Assembly: GCA_047495785.1 (NCBI GenBank)
Contig: JBLDXI010000023.1
Coordinates: 372,001-436,000, forward strand
Source: Lepidodermella squamata
Lineage: Eukaryota; Animalia; Gastrotricha
Direction of reading: 5' to 3'
DNA length: 64,000 nt
Shown: positions 57,344 to 64,000 of the stretch, in pieces
Position numbering within the stretch: position 1 is the first letter of the stretch
Layout of the letters: each line of letters begins with the position of its first letter
Position numbers and translations under genes: made by a program
The notes under the pieces: generated by a model
Told to the model about the DNA's origin: nothing
Seen by the model: the letters and a program-made list of their open reading frames with translations, nothing else
Database searches by the model: none

Positions 57344-60300
57344 ATGAAATCTATTTTTCTATTATTACTACATATATATTTTACGGCTGCAAAGAATCCA
57401 TCGAGGATTAATGACGGCCCGCATGATGTCGACTACGACAGCGTAAGACCTTGAAGTTTCTAAATTCTCAACCAAGTCTTTTGAGCAGGCTTTCAACCGA
57501 GCAGTTGAGACGGGACAAATTGCGATAGTTCGCCAAATGCTAGATTCCGGTCTTGTTTACGCAAATTCAACCTTCTTCTTTTACCCGGAACACCAGCCAT
57601 TTATCGTGAATGCAGTTAGGACGAATCAGAGCTACGAAATGGTCGAGCTGCTACTGCAAAACGGCGCACAAGTAGAAGCCAAGAGTTGGCGTTACAATGA
57701 TTCGAGAACCCCATTTCTCTGGGCTGCAAGAGTAGGCAGGCTGGATCTAGTGAGACTTCTCGTTGAAAAGTACAAAGCTAAAACAGACGTTCGAGATACG
57801 AAAAGTCAAACAGCGTTGATGGTTGCCTTTGACGGCCCAATCACCCAAGACTATCTTCGACTAGTTTACTATCTGTTACCATTCGAGTCGCCTGCTTATA
57901 GAAACAGGGACTGGCAAAGTGCTCTTCATATACTATGCCGAGTAACAACAACTGATCTATTACCTTTTGCGAAATTGCTGGTCGAGCAGTTTAAAATGGA
58001 TGTAAATGCAAGAGATAACAATGGAAACACGCCGTTGCTATTCGCGGCCAGAGCTGGCGCTTCCACGGCATTTCTTCAGTACTTGATTGACCGAGGCGCT
58101 GATCCGCAGGCGAAGAATAACGAAGGCGAAAACATGTTGCTTCAAGCTTGTCGTACCGATAGTGGTGAGTTGGGTCACTTCGCCGTGATCAAGTTCGCGA
58201 TTGAAGTTGGCGGTAATGACGTGAATTCGATGGCGAAATCGGCAAGCTGCCTTTATCACCTCATGTGGCGTTATTGGCCTTATGGATTGAGTGAAGGGGA
58301 ACTCCGTGAAATTATGCGTTACTTGGCTAGCAAAGGCTACGATTTCAATGCTAAGGAAGGATTTTCGGGTGATACGCCTCTAACGTCTGCGATCAAATTC
58401 TCGTACACTCAAGGCGATAAATATATGGCCTTGCTCGACGTAGGTGTTGATGTGAATGCAACGAATGACGAGGGCGAGACTGCTTTGGACATAGCGACAG
58501 CGAAGAGGGGAACAGTCATGATCGGGAATTTGAGAATGAGAGGCGCTGCTTTTAGCAGCGAATTAGCCAATGGATCATCGGTAAGTCGCGTAACGCAAGC
58601 GATATCAACGGGTCCAGCATCCAGCTTGCCGACGACATCTACAGTTATTAATGTTACCAATAAGTTTCCGTTAACGCCGAGTGATGAGGCGATCGATGCT
58701 GGTTTGCAGCCAATTGTTGGGGCGATTGTCAGGGCGAGAGCTACTTTGGCTACGAAGGCGACTACCACAAGCCATCCTGCAGTAAAGCTCAGACAGACAC
58801 TAGCGCGGAACGCATCTCAAAATGAGCTTAACGCGGTAGGCTGCTTTGTATATATCGCTAGCGACGTTGAATAACTCGGATTTAGGCTTGTTTACATCCG
58901 TTTCAAAGTGAGAGGAGACAAGTAAAAAGTCTATTGTTTTGTGTCTCCATTCCCGTTAAAAAATGCCGCTTTTTACTTGTCACTCGTCGCCTTGAAACGG
59001 ATGTAAACAAACCTAAATCCGAGTTATTCAACGTAATTCAAATCCATGGCTTGGATAATCCATGCCCGTGGCCAAGCGTCAGAGTTATTTATTTATTTAT
59101 TTATTTAATGAGCATGATATCCAGGAAGGAAGCTCGATAGTGAAAAAAAGAAAGTGCAGCCGCAGTAGAGTAGTCAGAGTGCCATGATAGTATCAGTTCC
59201 GTTCAGGTATCCGGTGAATTATTTTATGATTTTTGAATTATTAGAAAAAGCAAATGGTTTTTTCAGCAGTTCCAGGTAAGTTTGTTGGCGGCAGCTATTA
59301 GCCGAGATAGCACTTTGTGCATCCGTAGACAGATTGTTGAATAGTATCGCCCCTCGATACGCCAAAGTCTTTTGACCCTGTGCCGATGTTAAATTAGGGA
59401 CAACGAGCGCTTGTGTGAACTGACTACGCATCATTTTTTGCGTAGGGTCAAACATCTTGCGAGAGAACAGATTCACAAGACTTTCTGGGGCTTCGCCATT
59501 CACACATCGCCACACCAATGTCGCCAGGTGCACATCGCGTTTGCCTCGCATGGGTAACCAATTCAGTTTTTTCCTTAACTCATCTGCATCAGCGTTCTTC
59601 GGAGCCTTCATTATTGTTCGAACAGCCATATCTTGAATGCGTTGGATCGGTATCAGGTTCGAGTCGGCAGACTGCGCAATGACATTGTCGGCATAGCATA
59701 GTTAACAACAGACAGTGGGATTACTCCTAGGCTTATGCCCATGCTTTCCATAGCGCAGCACAATAGGTCAGAAAGATTGACATTTTGCCCCTCCGACGCC
59801 TTCGATTTAGTAATGAACAGATCTTTTTGAGAGAATAACTTCACCCTGTTGGTTTCTTCTTCCAATTTCTTGAACTTCATGTGAATGTTCTAGGAAAAGC
59901 ATCTAGCGGGTTGGTTGTTCAAGCTGTGAGAATGACAATCACAGCCATGATGTGCATCGGAGTCCTGCTATGACTTTGTATAGATAGCCCGTCGAGAATA
60001 TATAGATGGATCATGATGCGAGATGATTAAATTTCTTTTTTTTTACACTTTTTCACAGAGATTGTTTGGTTATGTAAAATCTGGTAACGTAACTGCCGTT
60101 CGCGAAATGATTCGGCTCAATCAAGCCCGCGGAAATGCTCTCCTGATGCAATATCGTCATTACGATTATTTCGACGGTTGCCGCGACCTTGCTTACGACC
60201 AACCCATCCCAGCGCTGGCTGCTGCTCTAGGCGTCAATAACACATCGCTGGAAATGCTCGAAATTCTTCTGGAAAACGAAGGCGACGCAAATGCGATTCA

Positions 60301-61414
60301 TCCCAATCTTGAGAAATCTGCTCTAAGGCTTGCCGTGGAACAAAATCGCCTTGATCTGGTTCAATTGCTCGTCAAATATGGCGCAGATGTTGATTTGGAA
60401 TCTAATGGAAGAACGGCGATACTCGAGGCTGCATCCAAGAATCTTGAGATTGTTAGATTCCTATTTTCACAGGGTGCTTCTAAATACGTTGATCGAATCA
60501 TTTTCGAGGCTTGCCGGATCTCCGATATGCCTGCTCTCCCAATGGTGAAATTTGCAATCGAGGAAGCTGGAAATTCCGTTTCTGACAAGGAAACTGAAGG
60601 ATGGGCCCCTCTAGTAGTCGCGGCTATTTACTTGAAATCGCCAGATCGCGTTAAAGTCTACGAATATCTGCTATCGAAAGGAGCGGCTGCGACAGCTAAA
60701 TTTAATTCAACCGCATATAAATACAAAAATTATACGTTGCTCCACCATGCCGCACGTGTAAATGACTCCGTATTGGCAATATGTCTGATCGAAACTGCTG
60801 GCATCGGCCTTGAAGACCGGGAATCGACTGGCAAAACTCCGTTGATGATTGCAGCTCGTAACAACGCGCAAAATATTGTCGATCTACTCATTGGTTCGGG
60901 TGCAGATGTTACAGCGTTAGATAACGACGGAAATGACGCCTTCTTGTTTGCTTGCTCGAATGATGACATGAGCCTACTGCTAGCCTGGCGATTCATCAAC
61001 TTCACTGGATTGGACGTCAATCGGCAGAACGAAAACAACGATACTTGCCTGAGTCTGATTTTGAGGAATGCTTATTACAATATCAGGATAGGATGGATCA
61101 GATACGAGTTGAACGGTATCGCGAAACTGCTTGTTCAAAAAGGGTACTGCATCAACCGGAAATTGCAAAACGGAGATACTGTATTGCATATCCTTGCTGC
61201 TACCCATGATTTATCAAAGAACGCTCAAGAATTAACTGAAGCCGGATCCGAGGTTAACGCACTGAATGACGATGGCTATACTCCGTTAGATTTGGCACTG
61301 CTATTTCGAAATTCGCGCACTGCAGATGTGCTGAGAAATGCTGGAGCTGTTACAGCTAAACCAGCGATGTTGTTTTTGACTACAACACGGGTGAATGATT
61401 TAGAAGACGATTAG
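57344..61414 (+). CDS. Secreted two-module ankyrin-repeat protein, copy C; intact, 3 exons, 933 aa
   Basis: Exons 57344-57442 (MKSIFLLLLHIYFTAAKNPSRINDGPHDVDYDS), 57489-58835 and 60059-61414; both introns phase 0 GT-AG; 2802 nt open. Many TP(L/F)L..AA...G...LV..LL..GA.VN repeats, an S/T-rich linker and numerous N-X-S/T sequons. Confidence 0.9.
58864..59034. mobile_element. Hairpin MITE in intron 2 of copy C
   Basis: ~43-bp inverted repeat ACGTTGAATAACTCGGATTTAGG.TTGTTTACATCCGTTTCAA. Confidence 0.85.
59085..59880 (-). mobile_element. L2/CR1-group LINE remnant with (TAAA)n tail
   Basis: IQRIQDMAVRTI...LNWLP...LATLVWRCVNGEAP...GQKTLAYRGAILFNNL (ORF2 C-terminus); TTATTTATTTATTTATTTATTTA at ~59085-59107; 59653-59880 weakly resembles ORF1. 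Confidence 0.8.
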
Positions 61415-63380
61415 ATGCCGAACGCCGACTACGTAATAAGCACGCGTTATTCTCATTTCTTTTTCTTTTGTGTTGTTCCAGATTATTCTGTCAGATGAAT
61501 AAACAGTTCGCAAACTTAACAATAAACTTAGCTAGAGCTCATTAAGCGTGGAATATTATCGGACTCGGATCTCGGATCGCTTGTTGGTATTTCCTTCTAG
61601 CAATATAAAAGTTTAGGCATGGTGGCTTCAATAACTCACAACGAAAATGGACCAAATGTTCAACGCAATTTCAAGTGTTGAAGAATAACCAGAAAAACAG
61701 AGGGAATTCCTCAACAACTAGTAAATAACAGGCGCCCGCTAAGCGGGCGCCAATGTATACTCACTGTGGAATTTCTCAAATTTCGGATCACTGGTAACCG
61801 CGTCGACTACACTGATGGGTTCTAAAATCTCAACTAAAGACACGTCCCTGAGGTTAGCGCACGTAAGATTCGTCATCAACACGGTCGATTTGATTAGAAA
61901 GCCCAGATAGAAATGTGAATATATGAAAGGGTTAGCATATCTGATTCATGCACAGGCAAGAACACTTGTAACATGGTTAAGTCGAATTAGTTCAGTCCTT
62001 GAGGTGATGGGTTACTCCCCGAAGGTTTTACTGTTGTTTTTCTTACTCAGCATAGTTAATTCATTAATCAAATGATCTTGGTAGATGCTCTACAGACCTG
62101 AGCCAGTCTCAGAAGATCTTGCAATGGATGAGTGAGGTTAAACCTAAAAGGGATGCGTAACATGAACATCCAACATCTTGCAAAGGACGTTCATGAGATG
62201 TGAAAACACTAATTAACCATCTATTTCTACGAAATCAACAAATCTAAGTAAGAAAAGCAGTAGTAAAAGCTTTTAAAAGTCGCCATTCGCCCTCAAGGAG
62301 TAACATCTAGAGCGTCTTCCCTCATGGTACCTGTGAATAGTGACGACAATGCATGAGATCAGCATAATTAATTTTTTTTCGATTTATTTGCTTTTCTCAT
62401 GCTGTAGTTATCAATTCGACCATGCTGAGCACGAATTTACCATGCCCCGACCCCGTGGACGTGTCCTTGGTTGAGATAATGGAACCCCAAAGGTCAGGCG
62501 ACGCGGCGCCCGGCGACCGGAATTTTTGAATTTCCCCGCAAACGCGTCGCCATGGAAAATATTTAAATTTTAATTAATAAGAATTTGATTTAGTAATTAA
62601 CTAAGAGTTTAAAAATGTTTTCGTATTTTAAATTAAATTGCGTTCAAAATCAGAAAGCGCTCTATTTGTTTTTTGGCATTTTTGACACTGCGGATTTGAC
62701 GTATTCGAAATCTGGCATTTTTCGCTCGAGTAGTTTTTTATTCTCTATCTAATGACACTAAGCACTTGGCTACCCAGTGAGTAGAAGTATACTTTTTAAG
62801 CATGCCGCCGAATACAAAGGAAAATTCAAATTTAGCCGTTGAGGACCTTCGTCGTTTAGTAATATAGATGGTTCTCGAATTGGGAATCCAAGCTCCTTAA
62901 TCGATTTCATTGAAGGCATTTTAATTTTCTCCGTTATTGAGAAGTCCTATCGCCCATTTCAGCAGGCAAGTGGGAAATCTCAATTATCACAGAGGTGAGG
63001 GGGACCCTTTAGTCATATAATTGAAGCCCGAGAATACCCCATAGTTCGAGGATCCTACTTCGCGCATTGTTCCTTCCTTTGTGTCTGAATATAGATGGTC
63101 TGTTGAGATCCTCTTTTCTGTAATGATTGTACAGCTAAACACGAACATGCGAATACAATAGCGTAGGTAATGCTTGCGTAATGTGAGTTGACATATTACT
63201 GAATAAATTCCTCACGATAAAAAAACTAGTTGGCGTGCCTGTTGGCTAACCACGCACGACAAAGCCGTGTTAGAATCGCGTTATTTATTGCTCCTTGCTG
63301 ATATCTGGAAAATTTTACAGTCGGCTTTGTTTCGAGTGAATTTCAGCAATTTCAAACCTCTCTGTGTGCTCTGGTTAACT

Positions 63381-64000
63381 ATGAAATTGATATTTCTACT
63401 TTTTGTGGAAATATGTTTCATGGGTACGTTAATTGCTGCTAGGCAAATCGACTACGACAGCGTAAGACCTGAATACTCCTTAACTCATCCAAAATCAGTT
63501 TTTCGTTCAGGCTTTCAACCAAGCAATTGTATCGGGTCAAATTGCGACGGTTCGGCAAATGTTAAATTCCGGCCTGGCTACCGCGAATTCTGCGACCAGT
63601 CGATGGAGTTTTCGATGGGGATACTCAGGCCCAGCTATCGTGGCTGCTGTTCGAACAAATCAAAGCTACGAAATGGTTGAATTGTTACTTGAAAGCGGCG
63701 CAAATACTGAGGCGAAAGATGATGGTTACGATTTTAGCTCATTGAAAACCCCATTCCTATGGGCTGCGAGACTTGGCAGGCTGGATCTAGTGAGACTTCT
63801 CGTCGAAAAGTACAAAGCTAAAACTGATACTCGAGATAACATAAGGCAGACGGCGTTGATGGTTGCCTTGGACGGCCCGATCACCCAAGACTATCTTCGA
63901 CTAATCTACTATTTGTTACCATTCGAATCGCCTAATTCCAGAAACAGTGACGGACAAACCGCCCTTCATATACTATGCCGAGTCACAACAACGGATCCAC
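63381..64000 (+). CDS. Secreted ankyrin family, copy D (5' part; runs off the window)
   Basis: Exon 1 63381-63461 (MKLIFLLFVEICFMGTLIAARQIDYDS), intron 63462-63510, exon 2 open from 63511 to the window end (AFNQAIVSGQIATVRQMLNSG...KTPFLWAARLGRLDL...). Confidence 0.9.

Noticed and set aside
57344-61414. Latrotoxin-like identity for the secreted ankyrin proteins
   Set aside because: Ankyrin repeats begin right after the signal peptide; the large N-terminal pore-forming domain of latrotoxins is absent.
63267-63680. 137-aa ORF as a standalone Cys-rich peptide
   Set aside because: It is exon 1 of ankyrin copy D read through a 49-nt intron into the wrong frame.
1-64000. Prokaryotic system (operon, CRISPR array, defence island)
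   Set aside because: Spliceosomal introns, LINEs, MITEs and GPCRs show this is eukaryotic; no regularly spaced repeat-spacer array was seen.

Overview
Eukaryotic genomic DNA, probably from an invertebrate animal: many 46-55 nt GT-AG introns, about 40% GC, dense transposon debris, and no prokaryotic operon, CRISPR or rRNA signal. Contents: (1) five intronless GABA-B-like class C GPCR paralogs (three intact, two frameshifted) plus a remnant; (2) a 5-exon, 646-aa mitochondrial-type arginyl-tRNA-synthetase homolog with degenerate catalytic signatures; (3) a 7-exon secreted EGF/LamG-like/3xEGF gene; (4) a ~1291-aa gene with two tandem NB-ARC (STAND) domains followed by ankyrin repeats; (5) four paralogs of a 3-exon family of apparently secreted two-module ankyrin-repeat proteins with a conserved scaffold, hypervariable aromatic-rich loops and mosaic patches between copies; (6) a complete PIF/Harbinger transposon, many MITEs, LINE fragments, pogo and Crypton-like remnants. 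The best candidate for a novel system is the secreted, diversifying 'natural DARPin-like' ankyrin family next to a double-NB-ARC NLR-like gene. All gene models and family calls were made by eye with no database search.
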